From Planctomycetota bacterium (GTDB lineage: Bacteria > Planctomycetota > Planctomycetia > Pirellulales > Lacipirellulaceae): a stretch of 64,000 bases of DNA. The stretch spans positions 59,760 to 123,759 of the forward strand of contig JBCCXZ010000003.1 in assembly GCA_039190745.1 (NCBI GenBank), read 5' to 3'. The notes beneath the pieces are model-generated. The model was not told the DNA's origin. It saw only the letters and a list, made by a program, of their open reading frames with translations, and searched no databases. The translations under genes were made by a program, and so were the position numbers. Below, piece by piece: positions 1 to 10,544 of the stretch (position 1 is the stretch's first letter; each line of letters starts with the position of its first letter).

Positions 1-211
1 TGAGCAGCATGGTGAGGTCGCAATTCCCCCTGAGGTAAAGCGGCAGCAGGATGTACTCGTGCCAGAAGACGTACATCCGCGGCTGATCACAGCCCGTCTT
101 GGGGTCGAGCGCCGGGTCGTGGTAGGCGATCCGGTAGCGGAGAGTCTTCATCCAAGAGCGGACCGAGACGGAGGCGGTAAGCCCGGCCGCGGAGAGTAGC
201 ATGTTGTTCAT
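1..211 (-). CDS. DUF374 / lysophospholipid acyltransferase-family protein, N-terminal part (runs off window start)
   Basis: Manual translation from ATG at 211: MNNMLLSAAGLTASVSVRSWMKTLRYRIAYHDPALDPKTGCDQPRMYVFWHEYILLPLYLRGNCDLTMLL. The YVFWH motif and layout match DUF374-type acyltransferases; co-oriented downstream of dapF. Confidence 0.65.
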   Translation of the reverse strand, partial: MNNMLLSAAGLTASVSVRSWMKTLRYRIAYHDPALDPKTGCDQPRMYVFWHEYILLPLYLRGNCDLTMLL

Positions 212-260
212 CGAGCGTCCTTGCGCGAAAGGTCGTTTCGGGAGGCGACCGCTGGGCCGA

Positions 261-1094
261 TCAGTCCGGCCATTCTCCAGAAAAGACCTCCACTGCGGGG
301 CCAGTCATATACACGTGATTGTCTTCGTGCCAATTCAGGCGTAACGTGCCGCCTGGTAGGTGAACGTCGATCGCACGTTCGGTCCGGCCGGTGAGCGCCC
401 CAGCGACGCAGACCGCCGCGGCGCCGGTGCCGCAGGCAAGCGTCTCGCCCGACCCGCGCTCCCAAGTGCGCTGATTGACCGATGCGCGGTCGACGACCTT
501 TACAAACTCGACGTTAGTCCGATTCGGGAAACGCGCGTCGTGCTCGATAGCCGGGCCTGTGACCTGCACGTCCTGGTCGGTAACGTCGGGCAGGAAAACG
601 ACGCAGTGCGGATTTCCCATCGACACGCAGGTGACCTTTAACGAACGCTCACCCAGGACGAAAGGGGCGTCCACAACGGGGTTGCGTTCGATGGTGGTCG
701 GGATTTCCGCCGGCGTCAGGGTGGGCTCGCCCATGTCGACGCGGACGCTCTCGACCTTTCCGTTTTGGGTCTCGACCCGCAAGTCGTAGGGCACTCCCGC
801 CGAGACGATCGTGAGGCTTTCTTGCTGTGCAATGCCGTGGTCGTGCACGTACTTTGCGACACAACGGATGCCGTTGCCGCACATCTCCGACGGGCTGCCG
901 TCTGCGTTGTACATCCGCATCTCGGCGTCGCCATCAGGGGTGGGTGCGATCAAGATGAGGCCGTCCCCGCCCACGCCGTAGTGGCGATCGGCGATCTGTT
1001 TGGCCAACGCGGAGGCGTCTTCAGGGAGCGGCTGGGCGAAGCAGTCGACGTAGACGTAATCGTTGCCGGCGCCGTGCATCTTCGTGAATTGCAT
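261..1094 (-). CDS. dapF: Diaminopimelate epimerase
   Basis: FTKMHGAGNDY, YNADGS.SEMCGNGIRC, SMGNPHCV, ERGSGETLACGTG motifs; 277 aa. Confidence 0.97.
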   Translation of the reverse strand: MQFTKMHGAGNDYVYVDCFAQPLPEDASALAKQIADRHYGVGGDGLILIAPTPDGDAEMRMYNADGSPSEMCGNGIRCVAKYVHDHGIAQQESLTIVSAGVPYDLRVETQNGKVESVRVDMGEPTLTPAEIPTTIERNPVVDAPFVLGERSLKVTCVSMGNPHCVVFLPDVTDQDVQVTGPAIEHDARFPNRTNVEFVKVVDRASVNQRTWERGSGETLACGTGAAAVCVAGALTGRTERAIDVHLPGGTLRLNWHEDNHVYMTGPAVEVFSGEWPD

Positions 1095-1117
1095 CCGTGA
1101 TTCCCTCTACGCAGGAA

Positions 1118-1459
1118 CTAGCCGGTCAGGTCGAGCCCGTTTCCACAGTTGCCGGTTGGGTCTTTGGGGCGCGGGCGTTCGGCGGTTCGCTGTCCCGCAG
1201 CCTCTTCGTCTTCCTGGTTCTGCTCACCGTGGCCGGCGGGGTTTTCCCAGAGCCGTCGGCCGTCGGCGTCGCGGTCAGAGGACTGTTGGTCTTCCTCGGT
1301 CTGGCCAATGCCGGCCGCCTTGTCTGCTTGTTGGTCGGTGTCTGCTTTACGCTCTTGGGAACGGGCCTCTGAAGCGCGTTCTGGTTCGCTGCTGGCCTGC
1401 TGGGGCAGCGGAGCTCCCGCGGCACTGCCGACGACTCCGCTGAATGGACCGACACTCAT
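1118..1459 (-). CDS. Conserved hypothetical protein (acidic, DRDADGRRLWE motif)
   Basis: 113 aa ORF with ATG, filling the gap between two co-oriented genes. Confidence 0.65.
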   Translation of the reverse strand: MSVGPFSGVVGSAAGAPLPQQASSEPERASEARSQERKADTDQQADKAAGIGQTEEDQQSSDRDADGRRLWENPAGHGEQNQEDEEAAGQRTAERPRPKDPTGNCGNGLDLTG

Positions 1460-1507
1460 GATACGTCTCCCGGTGATGGGTGAGAACGGTGCTCCGAGGT
1501 GCGGCTG

Positions 1508-4500
1508 CTAACGTCGGCCGAAACGCGGTGAGGTCGGCAGGCTCCGGCCTGCGTTGCGCGGATCGGCGATCGCTGGTGCTTGGGCGTTGGTCTGGAATTG
1601 CTCGATCAGGTCGTAGAACCCCGGGAATGCCTGGGTGGCGACCTGGGGATTGCTCACGGTACCGCTGACGTACATCCGGAGGATGCCCTGTCCGGGGCCG
1701 CCGAGGACGTTCGTCCAGAAAGGCAAGCGCCGGTCGTCTCGGCCAACCGTGCCGCGGAATTCGAGATTGAGCTGCTCGTCGAGGTTGGTGTAGCCGCTGC
1801 CGTACAGTTGGACCGCGTCGCCGAGGAAGTTGAGCTGCTCCAAGACGATGTGCTTGCCGGTCATGCGGAAGTTGGCGTCGACTTCGTTGAAGGCCGTGGC
1901 GTCTGGAGTTTTGCTGCGTAGCACCTTGAGCAGGCTAACGAGCAGGGGGAGTTCGTAGATATTGGCGTCTCGGACCTTGACCACTCCTTCGCCCCGGAGG
2001 GTCGTCAGGCTCGCACCGGTGCCCTTGAGATCAATCTCGGCGTCGACCTTGCCGACGTAGCTCTGCTGGCTCGAGAAGCGTTCGATCATCAGACGCTGGA
2101 GATCGACGCCGCGGCACTCGATCTCGCAGAGGTACTTTGGCGCGGACTGCAGCACCACCGTGCCACTGAGACCGACGCTACCCCCGTAGGAGGTTGCCAA
2201 GATAGGGCGGGGCGTCCGGCCGGGCCGGATGGCGTTGCGGCCGAGCCAACACGTGTTCGCGTCGACGACGAACGGCCCCGACACGCTGGTGAGCTGGGTG
2301 TCGCGGACGGTGACGGTTTCCAGGTTTAGTTCCCCGGCGGTGTATTGCTGCCGGCCGTGCTCGCCAAACAGGCGTACCGAACCGTGGCAGTTCCTGAGTT
2401 CTACGCCTGCAGTGATATTGGCTTGGTGACAGTCGAGCGACACGTCCCAGGATGAGATGACAGACGCACGCGGCCCAGCGGCCTTCGAAAAGCGGAGCAC
2501 GCCGTTATGCAATCCGAAGCCACCACTTGGCCGCATTGAGTACACAATCCTTCGCAGGGTCTCCGGGGAGGCGTCCAGTAAGTCGTCAGAAGGCGAGAGC
2601 CGGTCTGCGGTCAGGCCTTCGAGCTGAACAGACCACCGCCCGTCGGGGGCAAACTCGCAAAGGCCGTTGGTGCGGAATTTGGTCGGGCCGTGCGCGGCGC
2701 GGACTTCTTTGAGCTGCACAACGCCGTCGCTGTACTCGATGTTCCCCTCGACTCGACTGAAATCGTAAGGGAAGAAGTTAGGGCGGAACGACGCGGTTTC
2801 GGGGTTCGGCGAGACCGCAACACTGATGGTCGGTACGTGGACGCCCGGGGGGCGACGGACGATCGCGGTGAAGTCGGCGTTGCCGCGAGGGTTCAGCTCG
2901 GCCCAAGCACGCCGCTCCGATTCTGGAAGTGCTCGCTGCAAATCGCGGTCGAACGGTAGATTGCGCCCCTGGAAGTTCAACACCAGGTCGTGGCCGCCGG
3001 GGGTCTTGGTGAGCCTGCCGCTGCATTGAACAGCCTTGGCCCCGCTCGAAACGATGTCGCTGAACGTCCAGTTCCCGTCGACAGACGAGATAACCCCTGT
3101 CACTCCGGAGACCGGGTAGGGGAACTTCTCGTAATTGAGAGCCCCGTCGACGATCTCCAACCGCAAGCGGTGGGAGAATTTCCCGCCGGGTTCCGTCCGT
3201 TCGACTTGGCAGGCGACGTCCATTGTTCCGGAGGTGTGCATCGACCGGATGACCTCACGGGCGTGTGCGTTCTGGATCGCATCCACCATGCGCGGCTCGA
3301 CTTGTAGGCCGTTGCCGGTGATGTTGACGCCGCCGTAGGAAAGGGGGCCCGGGTTGAAGATCCGGCCCGCGATGCGAATCGGGCGTCCTCCCCCATACCC
3401 GGTAATATCAATATCCAGCAGGGGAGGCAGAGTCTCGTCGGGCTGGTGCAGGTGGAGGGTTCCGGCGCCGTCTTTCAGTCTGTAGGCGTACTTGTCTGAC
3501 TCGAACGCGAGTTCGCTTCCCCGCAGAGTGATGTCGGGGCGGAGCCCGGTTCGATCGATCGTGATGTCTGCCGTAGCTTCGACCCTTCCCTCAGGTCGAT
3601 ACTTGTTCCACAGCTTCAGCAACTGATTGGGCAGAGAAGCCCGCAGGCGCTCGTCGAGCGGCAGTTGCTCGACCGCGGCACGGATCTCGATCGGCGCGTT
3701 GGAGGTCCACCCGTCTCGGCGGGCCGACAGTCGGACAGGGGCCGCACCGAGCATCCCGGTAGCGTTCTCAAGTTCTAGGCCGCTTGTCCGGCACGAAACG
3801 CGCCCCGCGATCGAGGTCATGTCACGGGGCAGTCTCGGGTGACGGAGTTGCCCGTTTTCCACGGTCAGGCGCGCGATGGCCTGGGGAGGCTCGAACCCGA
3901 ACAGCGCACCGTTGAATGAGAATTCCCCGTCAACACGGCCTCGAAAATCGGTCTCACCCATGCTGCCGCCGGCGTAGGACGCGAGCCAGCCGGAGAGTTC
4001 GTCGGAGACCTGCAGCGCCTCGAAACGACCTGCAAGCGTCGCTGAGAATTCGGCGGGGTTTATCACCGCGGCGAACTCGGCTCCCCGGAGATCGATCCCT
4101 GCGGTGAAACCAGAGACCTGGATAGCCCCGTCGCGCGGCGGAGCAGGCGCAGGCCCGGTGATTTCACAAAGTTGTGGAAACTGTTCGATCATCCGATGGA
4201 CAGTGTCGCTCTCAACCGGGCTGACGCGGAAGCTGACGTCGCGGAGGACGAGCGGTGAGAGCTGAGGCCGGCCGTTATCGGCGATCGTGACGGTAGCTTT
4301 GTGAACCGCCAGCGGGGGCGGGGGCCCTTCCGATTGGGGAAGTGGCCAGAACGATTCGAGATTCCACGTGCCGTCGCCGCGTTTGTTCACCCAAAGTTGG
4401 GGGTGGCGAACGGAGATGGAGGTAATCTTGGGCGGACCGGCAACCAATTCGGCCAGATCGAGCCGGCAGGCGACCCGCACTTCTTCCACTAGCAGAAGGT

Positions 4501-4747
4501 TCTCCTGCCGTCCGCTGGCTGCCGTTTCGGAGACGTTCAGGTTGTAGAGTTCGACGCCTTCTTCGGGAATCCATCGTGCCCCGCCAACGCTGACGTTCAA
4601 GTTGGGGAACTTCTCCGTCAGCATCGCTTCGACCCGCAGCCGGATCTGTTCGTCCGCGCTTGAGTAGATGTAGACACCCACGGCCGTAGCGGTCACTGCG
4701 CATATTCCGAGCGACAGCTTAAAGAACCACCAGCAGGTGTTGATCAA
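1508..4747 (-). CDS. AsmA-like/DUF3971-type large periplasmic beta-rich protein
   Basis: 1079 aa with an N-terminal TM anchor, repetitive beta-strand segments and an AsmA_2-like C-terminus (GSGYTNLDEQLNLEF...VSGTVSNP). Confidence 0.75.
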   Translation of the reverse strand: MINTCWWFFKLSLGICAVTATAVGVYIYSSADEQIRLRVEAMLTEKFPNLNVSVGGARWIPEEGVELYNLNVSETAASGRQENLLLVEEVRVACRLDLAELVAGPPKITSISVRHPQLWVNKRGDGTWNLESFWPLPQSEGPPPPLAVHKATVTIADNGRPQLSPLVLRDVSFRVSPVESDTVHRMIEQFPQLCEITGPAPAPPRDGAIQVSGFTAGIDLRGAEFAAVINPAEFSATLAGRFEALQVSDELSGWLASYAGGSMGETDFRGRVDGEFSFNGALFGFEPPQAIARLTVENGQLRHPRLPRDMTSIAGRVSCRTSGLELENATGMLGAAPVRLSARRDGWTSNAPIEIRAAVEQLPLDERLRASLPNQLLKLWNKYRPEGRVEATADITIDRTGLRPDITLRGSELAFESDKYAYRLKDGAGTLHLHQPDETLPPLLDIDITGYGGGRPIRIAGRIFNPGPLSYGGVNITGNGLQVEPRMVDAIQNAHAREVIRSMHTSGTMDVACQVERTEPGGKFSHRLRLEIVDGALNYEKFPYPVSGVTGVISSVDGNWTFSDIVSSGAKAVQCSGRLTKTPGGHDLVLNFQGRNLPFDRDLQRALPESERRAWAELNPRGNADFTAIVRRPPGVHVPTISVAVSPNPETASFRPNFFPYDFSRVEGNIEYSDGVVQLKEVRAAHGPTKFRTNGLCEFAPDGRWSVQLEGLTADRLSPSDDLLDASPETLRRIVYSMRPSGGFGLHNGVLRFSKAAGPRASVISSWDVSLDCHQANITAGVELRNCHGSVRLFGEHGRQQYTAGELNLETVTVRDTQLTSVSGPFVVDANTCWLGRNAIRPGRTPRPILATSYGGSVGLSGTVVLQSAPKYLCEIECRGVDLQRLMIERFSSQQSYVGKVDAEIDLKGTGASLTTLRGEGVVKVRDANIYELPLLVSLLKVLRSKTPDATAFNEVDANFRMTGKHIVLEQLNFLGDAVQLYGSGYTNLDEQLNLEFRGTVGRDDRRLPFWTNVLGGPGQGILRMYVSGTVSNPQVATQAFPGFYDLIEQFQTNAQAPAIADPRNAGRSLPTSPRFGRR

Positions 4748-4913
4748 CCGAACGATGGCCGTTTGGTTCCGTGGCTCGTAGGCGGCGGTGTTTCTACCCT
4801 GGGCGTACGATCTGCGCAGCCCGGGCGCAGGGGCGCTTGGGGGGCGGATCGTAGGAGCGGTGGTGCGCGACGGTCAAGGCGTGGTGCGACCGCTTGCCCG
4901 AATGCCGGCAGTG

Positions 4914-5936
4914 CTAGCCCGAGCCCGCACTTACGATAAGCCGATTGCCCTCCACGCTGGCCTTGTAGCCTCCCGGCAGGGTTATGGGCCGTTCGTCTCG
5001 CTGCCGCCCTTGGAGAGCTAACTCGCACCACCATCGCCGAGTCATGCCCTGCTCGCCGAGGCCGGCTTCACGCCACGCCAATCGTAGCGTTTCACGAGCC
5101 AACGGTTCGTCCGCTTCGTTCAATGGACCGACAGCCAACGAGAATCCGCTCTTGGAGCAAGACAGCTCGCAGAGTGCTAGCAGTTCTTCCGCAAGGCTCT
5201 CGATGACCGCCTGCGTCTCACGACACTGCTCAGCCAACCGGCGGAGCGCATCGGAAGCATCTGGGAAGACGGTTTCTAGCTTCGGCAGCCACTCGTGGCG
5301 GATGAGGTTTCGACGGAAGCCGAGATCGTTGTTGGTTTCGTCCCTTCGGTATTCCTGGCCGACCTCGGCGAGATACGAAAGGATCGCTTTCCTAGAGCAC
5401 GCCAGTAGCGGCCGGACCACCGACACACTTGGGGTGAGCGGGCGTGTGAATGGTATCCCCGCCGCTCCGCGCAGCCCTGCGCCGCGCAGGATGCGGAGCA
5501 AGACCGTTTCCGCCTGGTCGTCGGCGGTGTGGCCTGCGGCGAGGTAGCGGGCTCCAAGCTTCTCGCACGCCTCTCCAAGGAGATGGTAACGGATTCGCCG
5601 GGAGTAGGCTTCCATGCCGTCCGTTAGGTCCGAGCCTCTCGCACTTTGGCGAGGCTTGAGCACATGCGGCTCGATTCCAAGAGACTCGCATTCCTGGACG
5701 ACCCATTCTGCATCTGCTGCGGCCGCCTCACCGCGGAGTTGATGGTCGACGTGGAGGGCGTACAAGCGGCCTCTGTCGTCGAGTGTGCGGTGAATCGCGT
5801 CAAGGCACCGCAAGAGGGCCATGCTGTCGGCCCCGCCGGAGACCGCCACCCCCACATGTAAAGGCCCCCATGCGGGTGGAGGCCAAGCGGAGCGTACCAC
5901 TGAAACTACGTGTGATGGGTCGGTGGCGTCAGTCAT
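4914..5936 (-). CDS. tilS: tRNA(Ile)-lysidine synthetase
   Basis: PP-loop VAVSGGADS, HVDHQLRG, GHTADDQAETVL, VRPLL, DETN, RNLIRH. Confidence 0.95.
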   Translation of the reverse strand: MTDATDPSHVVSVVRSAWPPPAWGPLHVGVAVSGGADSMALLRCLDAIHRTLDDRGRLYALHVDHQLRGEAAAADAEWVVQECESLGIEPHVLKPRQSARGSDLTDGMEAYSRRIRYHLLGEACEKLGARYLAAGHTADDQAETVLLRILRGAGLRGAAGIPFTRPLTPSVSVVRPLLACSRKAILSYLAEVGQEYRRDETNNDLGFRRNLIRHEWLPKLETVFPDASDALRRLAEQCRETQAVIESLAEELLALCELSCSKSGFSLAVGPLNEADEPLARETLRLAWREAGLGEQGMTRRWWCELALQGRQRDERPITLPGGYKASVEGNRLIVSAGSG

Positions 5937-6513
5937 GTCACCACGAGCCTAATAGAGCGAAGGCTTCTGAGCATCGCCGTTAGTCTCCAGCTAATCGGTA
6001 AGGACGCACAGACCAGATCGCGGTGCTTGTTCCGGCTTCGTAGAAGCTGTATATATGAAGGATGCGCAAAGGTGAGTACTCCCGGCGTGTTTGGAGGCTC
6101 ATGCTGTGCGGTTTTTTACACAGATTACGCCTCCTGCACGGGTCGATCGAGTCGGCTTGGCGGAACGGCGTGGCACTCGACGCTCGGCTCACTCGGAGAG
6201 GCGGCGGCGGGGTTCGCAGAGCCTCTGGGCGTGCGATTCACTCATGTTTGTCTGCTCGTTGATCATCTGGTTTTTACTCTTGGGACGCGGGGCTGCTGCG
6301 CTTGCAGCGAAGCTTGCTTCCGTCTTACTGGACCAAGCGACGAAGCCGAACGCCGCATTACGGGTGTGGTGGACGCTCTCTGGCGGACGCCGCCTAGCGG
6401 GCTCGGTTTCCGAAATCAGGCGGGGACCACCGCCCGGCTTGCCTTCAGCGTGTTGGGGGCGGCCGTTGCCGCTTCTGAAGCACGTCGATGAGTTTTGCCC
6501 ACAGCGGCAACCA

Positions 6514-6700
6514 TTGATCTTCTTGCTGAGCCTAACGGTTCACGGCACTCAAGCGGTTGTGTCTCGGTGCGTCCCGGCGGCCTGGTCCCCAGGCCTTGCC
6601 TGACGCCATGGGTCCGCACTCGGTTGCCGATGGCAACCGAAGCTAGCCACGCTTGTTCTGCCGAATCTAGACGACGCCGAGACCCTGGCCAGGAGGCCAA
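6514..6700 (+). ncRNA. ssrS: Candidate 6S RNA
   Basis: About 187-nt rod. Closing stem 6514-6530/6685-6700, central bubble, inner stem CGGCACTCAAGCG (6543-6555)/CGCTTGTTCTGCCG (6650-6663), apical hairpins. GCTGAGCCTAACGGTTCA resembles the 6S 5' bubble. Lies directly upstream of rny. Confidence 0.5.
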
Positions 6701-6741
6701 CCATCGGCATCTGGCTCCGGCCGCACCGAGAAGGAACGGGC

Positions 6742-8346
6742 ATGGCTACAACACTCTTTGCTGGTACGAGCCTCATCGGCTTGCCTCCCCTGGCCGCGAC
6801 CGAATTTTGGCAGATCCTTGTCTTCCTAGCCGCGGCACTCATGGGCGGCGGAGCCGTGAAGTTGCTCGACCGGCTCCGCCAACGCGACGCTGAGAAGGAA
6901 GCCCGCCTTATCATCGAGCGTGGGCAGATCGAAGCCGACTCCGTGCGGAAGGACGCCGCGGTTGAGGCGAAAGAGGCCGCGTTCCAGCTCAAGTCACAAG
7001 TGGAAGAGGACAACAACAAAGTCCGCGGAGAGCTGCATGAGCGGGAGCGCAAGCTCGATAAACAATCAGACGCGCTCCTCCAGCGTGAGGAACAGTTGGA
7101 GAAGCGCGAGAAGATGGTTGAGAACAACCAACGCCGCCTCAAAGAGAAACTAGAGGACGCGGGGCAGAGGCAGAAGGAACTCGACGACCTGCTGGACCTC
7201 CAGCGGCAGACGATGCACCAGCTCAGCGGGCTCGGACCGGAAGAGGCCGAGGCCAAGCTGCTAGAGCGCCTGGAGAAGGAGTTGGTTAAGGAGCAGGGCG
7301 CCGTGATCATGCGGTTCGATCGGTCAATCGAGGAAAAGTGCGATGCGAAAGCGAAAGAGTTAATCATCACCTCCCTGCAGCGATTCGCCGCGGCCCATAC
7401 CGCCGAGTCGACCACGAGCACGGTCGACATCCCGAACGACGACATGAAGGGCCGCATCATCGGCCGAGAGGGCCGCAACATCCGGGCGATCGAGAAAGCA
7501 ACTGGTGTGGACGTCATTATCGATGACACTCCAGGAGTTGTGATCGTCAGCGCTTTCGACCCCGTCCGCCGGGAAATAGCCCGGGTAGCGTTGACGCAGC
7601 TGATCGCGGACGGTCGGATCCATCCTTCCCGCATCGAAGAGATCGTCACCGAGACGGAGAGCAAGATCGCGAAAGAGATCCGCAAGCACGGCGAAGAAGC
7701 CATGCAAGAGGCGAACGTGTTCGGCCTGCACGAGAAGGTGGTCGATCTCTTGGGCCGGCTGTGGTACCGCACGAGCTACAGCCAGAACGTCCTGAGACAC
7801 TCGATCGAAGTTTCCTTCATCACGAGTATGCTCGCCGAGGAGTTGGGCATGGACGTGGAGGTTGCCCGTCGTGCCGGTTTGCTGCACGACATCGGCAAGG
7901 CGGCCGACCACGATCAAGAGGGCGGGCACCCGAAGATCGGAGCCGACCTGCTCAAGCGCTACGGCGAGGGGCCCGAGGTCGTCCACGCAGCATTAGGACA
8001 CCACGACGACATCCGCCCGGATATGCCGTACACGGTTCTCACCGCGGCGGCCGACGCCTGCAGCGCGTCTCGGCCGGGCGCGCGTCGTGAGACCCTAGAC
8101 AGGTACATCAAACGCATGCAGGAACTCGAGTCGATCGCCACCGGGTTCGACGGGGTCTCTCAGGCCTTTGCTATTCAGGCCGGCCGAGAGGTTCGGGTGA
8201 TCGCGAGTGCCAAGGACACCACAGATGAATCCTCTGCCAAGATCTGTCGGGATATCGCCAAGGCGTTCGAGGAGCAGCTCACCTACCCAGGGGAGATCCG
8301 CGTGACCCTCATCCGAGAGACCCGCGTCACCGCCACCGCGCACTAG
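6742..8346 (+). CDS. rny: Ribonuclease Y
   Basis: N-terminal TM, coiled coil, KH ([13 protein letters not shown]), HD domain (LLHDIGK), C-terminal [10 protein letters not shown]...YPGEIRVT. Confidence 0.97.
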   Translation: MATTLFAGTSLIGLPPLAATEFWQILVFLAAALMGGGAVKLLDRLRQRDAEKEARLIIERGQIEADSVRKDAAVEAKEAAFQLKSQVEEDNNKVRGELHERERKLDKQSDALLQREEQLEKREKMVENNQRRLKEKLEDAGQRQKELDDLLDLQRQTMHQLSGLGPEEAEAKLLERLEKELVKEQGAVIMRFDRSIEEKCDAKAKELIITSLQRFAAAHTAESTTSTVDIPNDDMKGRIIGREGRNIRAIEKATGVDVIIDDTPGVVIVSAFDPVRREIARVALTQLIADGRIHPSRIEEIVTETESKIAKEIRKHGEEAMQEANVFGLHEKVVDLLGRLWYRTSYSQNVLRHSIEVSFITSMLAEELGMDVEVARRAGLLHDIGKAADHDQEGGHPKIGADLLKRYGEGPEVVHAALGHHDDIRPDMPYTVLTAAADACSASRPGARRETLDRYIKRMQELESIATGFDGVSQAFAIQAGREVRVIASAKDTTDESSAKICRDIAKAFEEQLTYPGEIRVTLIRETRVTATAH

Positions 8347-8387
8347 CCACTGCCCACACCCCCTCAACACCATCAATCGGGCCCGGG

Positions 8388-9197
8388 ATGCGTCTGCTTT
8401 TTATCGGAGACATTGTCGGCAAGCCGGGCCGCGACATCGTGGTGAAAGCAGCGCCGCGCCTGCGGGCAGCGCTGGGTCTCGACTTGATTGTCGCCAATGC
8501 CGAAAACGCGGCGGGCGGGTCTGGTCTGACTCCTGCAATCTACCGCGACCTGATCGACGCCGGCGTCGACGCAGTAACGCTGGGCGACCACGTCTACCGA
8601 CGGAAAGAAATCTACCCGATCCTGCGCAACGAAGAGCGGATTGTCCGACCGGCGAACCTGCCGCCTGAGGCGGTTGGCAGCGAATGGGCGGTCGTCGAGG
8701 CCCGAGACGGGACACGCGTCGCGGTGTTCTGTCTGCTGGGTCAGCTGTTCATGAAACCGATGGACAACCCGTGGCGGGCAGCAGACCGAGTGCTGGCACA
8801 GCTCCCAACGGACGTCAGCGTGCGGTTTCTCGACTTCCACGTCGAGGCCACCAGTGAGGCACAACTCATGGGCAGGTACCTGGAAGGCAGGGTCTCTGCG
8901 GTCTTGGGCACGCACACCCACGTGGCGACCGCGGACGAACGTGTGCTTGAGGGCGGCACGGCTTTCCAGTGCGACGTTGGCATGACGGGACCTCACGACA
9001 GCATCCTCGGTCGCCGGGTCGACCGGGTCATGGAAACGCAGCTGACCGCGCACCCGACGCAGTTCGAGGTAGCGACCGGCGACGTGCAGCTGTGCGGCGC
9101 GATCGTCGACATCGACCCGGCTTCAGGCCGAGCCTTGGCCATCGAGCGGGTCCGTTACTCTGCCGAGGAGATCAACGCGCTCCCCGCCGAGGCTTAG
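8388..9197 (+). CDS. ymdB: TIGR00282/YmdB-family metallophosphoesterase
   Basis: LFIGDIVGKPG, NAENAAGG, DFHVEATSE, GTHTHV, DVGMTG; usual position after rny. Confidence 0.92.
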   Translation: MRLLFIGDIVGKPGRDIVVKAAPRLRAALGLDLIVANAENAAGGSGLTPAIYRDLIDAGVDAVTLGDHVYRRKEIYPILRNEERIVRPANLPPEAVGSEWAVVEARDGTRVAVFCLLGQLFMKPMDNPWRAADRVLAQLPTDVSVRFLDFHVEATSEAQLMGRYLEGRVSAVLGTHTHVATADERVLEGGTAFQCDVGMTGPHDSILGRRVDRVMETQLTAHPTQFEVATGDVQLCGAIVDIDPASGRALAIERVRYSAEEINALPAEA

Positions 9198-9246
9198 AAG
9201 ATCGCGTCGCGAGCTAGCAAAGCAAGTTCTTCCTAGCGGATCAGCC

Positions 9247-9744
9247 TTGCCCCAACCCCGAGCCGAAGATACTCTCCGCCCCGACTCCTCGCTGAGCGAT
9301 CGAGTGAACCAGCAGCGGCCACCGCGACTCGTCAAACTGTCTGCTGGGCGGCGATCGATATTGTTGGTTGTTGCCGGGATAGGCTGGTGCCTGCTGGCGA
9401 CCGCCTCGCGATTGGAACCCGACCCGCGTGGGTTCGGGACCCACGAACAACTGGGGCTCTCGCCTTGCTGGATTATCGCAAGAACCGGTCTGCCGTGCCC
9501 GACCTGCGGGATGACCACGTGCTGGTCTCTAGCGTCACGCGGGCGTTGGGCAGAGGCGGCGGCGTGCAATGGTGTTGGCTTGCTGGCCTTTCTCGCCACG
9601 GCGCTCGGTTCGTTTTCGGCGCTTGTGGCCTCGGCGTTAGGGCGAGGCCCGCAGATAAGCAAGCCGTTCGAGTTGGCTGCGGCCTGCGGGGGCGCGCTAG
9701 TGCTTGCGTTGGTGCTGGATTGGCTCCGTCGGCTAGCCGTGTAA
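9247..9744 (+). CDS. DUF2752-domain membrane protein (start uncertain)
   Basis: GTHEQLGLSPC...TGLPCPTCGMTT motif plus TM helices. Confidence 0.8.
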   Translation: MPQPRAEDTLRPDSSLSDRVNQQRPPRLVKLSAGRRSILLVVAGIGWCLLATASRLEPDPRGFGTHEQLGLSPCWIIARTGLPCPTCGMTTCWSLASRGRWAEAAACNGVGLLAFLATALGSFSALVASALGRGPQISKPFELAAACGGALVLALVLDWLRRLAV

Positions 9745-9822
9745 TGAGCCACAGCCCGGCCGCGATGGGTTGAAGAAGCAGCGTCAAAGAAACTGAGAAC
9801 CTCGGGACAAGGAAGATCCGGG

Positions 9823-10524
9823 ATGAGAAGCGAACGTAATCCGCGTCAAGGATGCACCTTTGGCAATGCCGCCGCGCGATCACATCGGGCTTGCGTCGGT
9901 CTCCTGCTCGCCGCCGCTTGCGTGACGAGCACAGGGTGCCTGCACAGCATCGTCGCTACGGGCATCTATCTCTGGCAGGGCGGCAATATCGTCCCGGCCG
10001 AGTGCCTCGACCTGGAAGAGCACCGAGTCGTTGTCATCTGCCGCCCGCCTTCTTCGCACGAGTATCGGCACGCCGGCGCCGCGCGGGCTATCGGCAAGCA
10101 GGTCAGCCGACTCCTTGAGCAGAACGTCCCGGGCATCGACGTGGTCAGCCCGCGTGAAGTCGACAACTGGATCGACGAGCAGGACTGGGACAATTACAAA
10201 GACTTGGCTCGTTCAGTCGAAGCGGAGCGGATCCTGTACATCGAGCTCGACGGGTTCGAACTGTACAAAGGTAAGACCCTGTATCAGGGCGACGCGATCG
10301 TGACAATTTCAGTCTACGACATGAACGACCGCGGCCGATTGATCTGGGACCGCAACCTTGGACAAGTCCTCTTCCCGCGGAACAGCGGCGTCCCGGTTCA
10401 GGACAAACCAATCGGCCAATTCCAGAACCAGTTTGTCGAGGTGGTCGCCAGCGAGATCGGCCGTCACTTCTACGAGCACGACCCGAACGCGACGTTCGCG
10501 CTGGACGCGATCGCCAATCAGTAG
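9823..10524 (+). CDS. Hypothetical lipoprotein-like protein
   Basis: Hydrophobic stretch ending TSTGC followed by a globular alpha/beta domain; coding-like codon usage. Confidence 0.7.
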   Translation: MRSERNPRQGCTFGNAAARSHRACVGLLLAAACVTSTGCLHSIVATGIYLWQGGNIVPAECLDLEEHRVVVICRPPSSHEYRHAGAARAIGKQVSRLLEQNVPGIDVVSPREVDNWIDEQDWDNYKDLARSVEAERILYIELDGFELYKGKTLYQGDAIVTISVYDMNDRGRLIWDRNLGQVLFPRNSGVPVQDKPIGQFQNQFVEVVASEIGRHFYEHDPNATFALDAIANQ

Positions 10525-10544
10525 TGGGGCGCCGCGCGTCTCTG

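Noticed and set aside
5980..6500. Several overlapping 70-170 aa ORFs between tilS and rny
   Set aside because: No recognisable motifs or RBS and no GC3 codon bias; likely a non-coding promoter or leader region
6422..6590. Alternative long hairpin (GGGGACCA/TGGTCCCC; GTTGCCGCT/AGCGGCAAC) as the 6S RNA
   Set aside because: Very lopsided interior; the 6514-6700 fold pairs more extensively. It could still be a competing conformation, which needs folding software to test.
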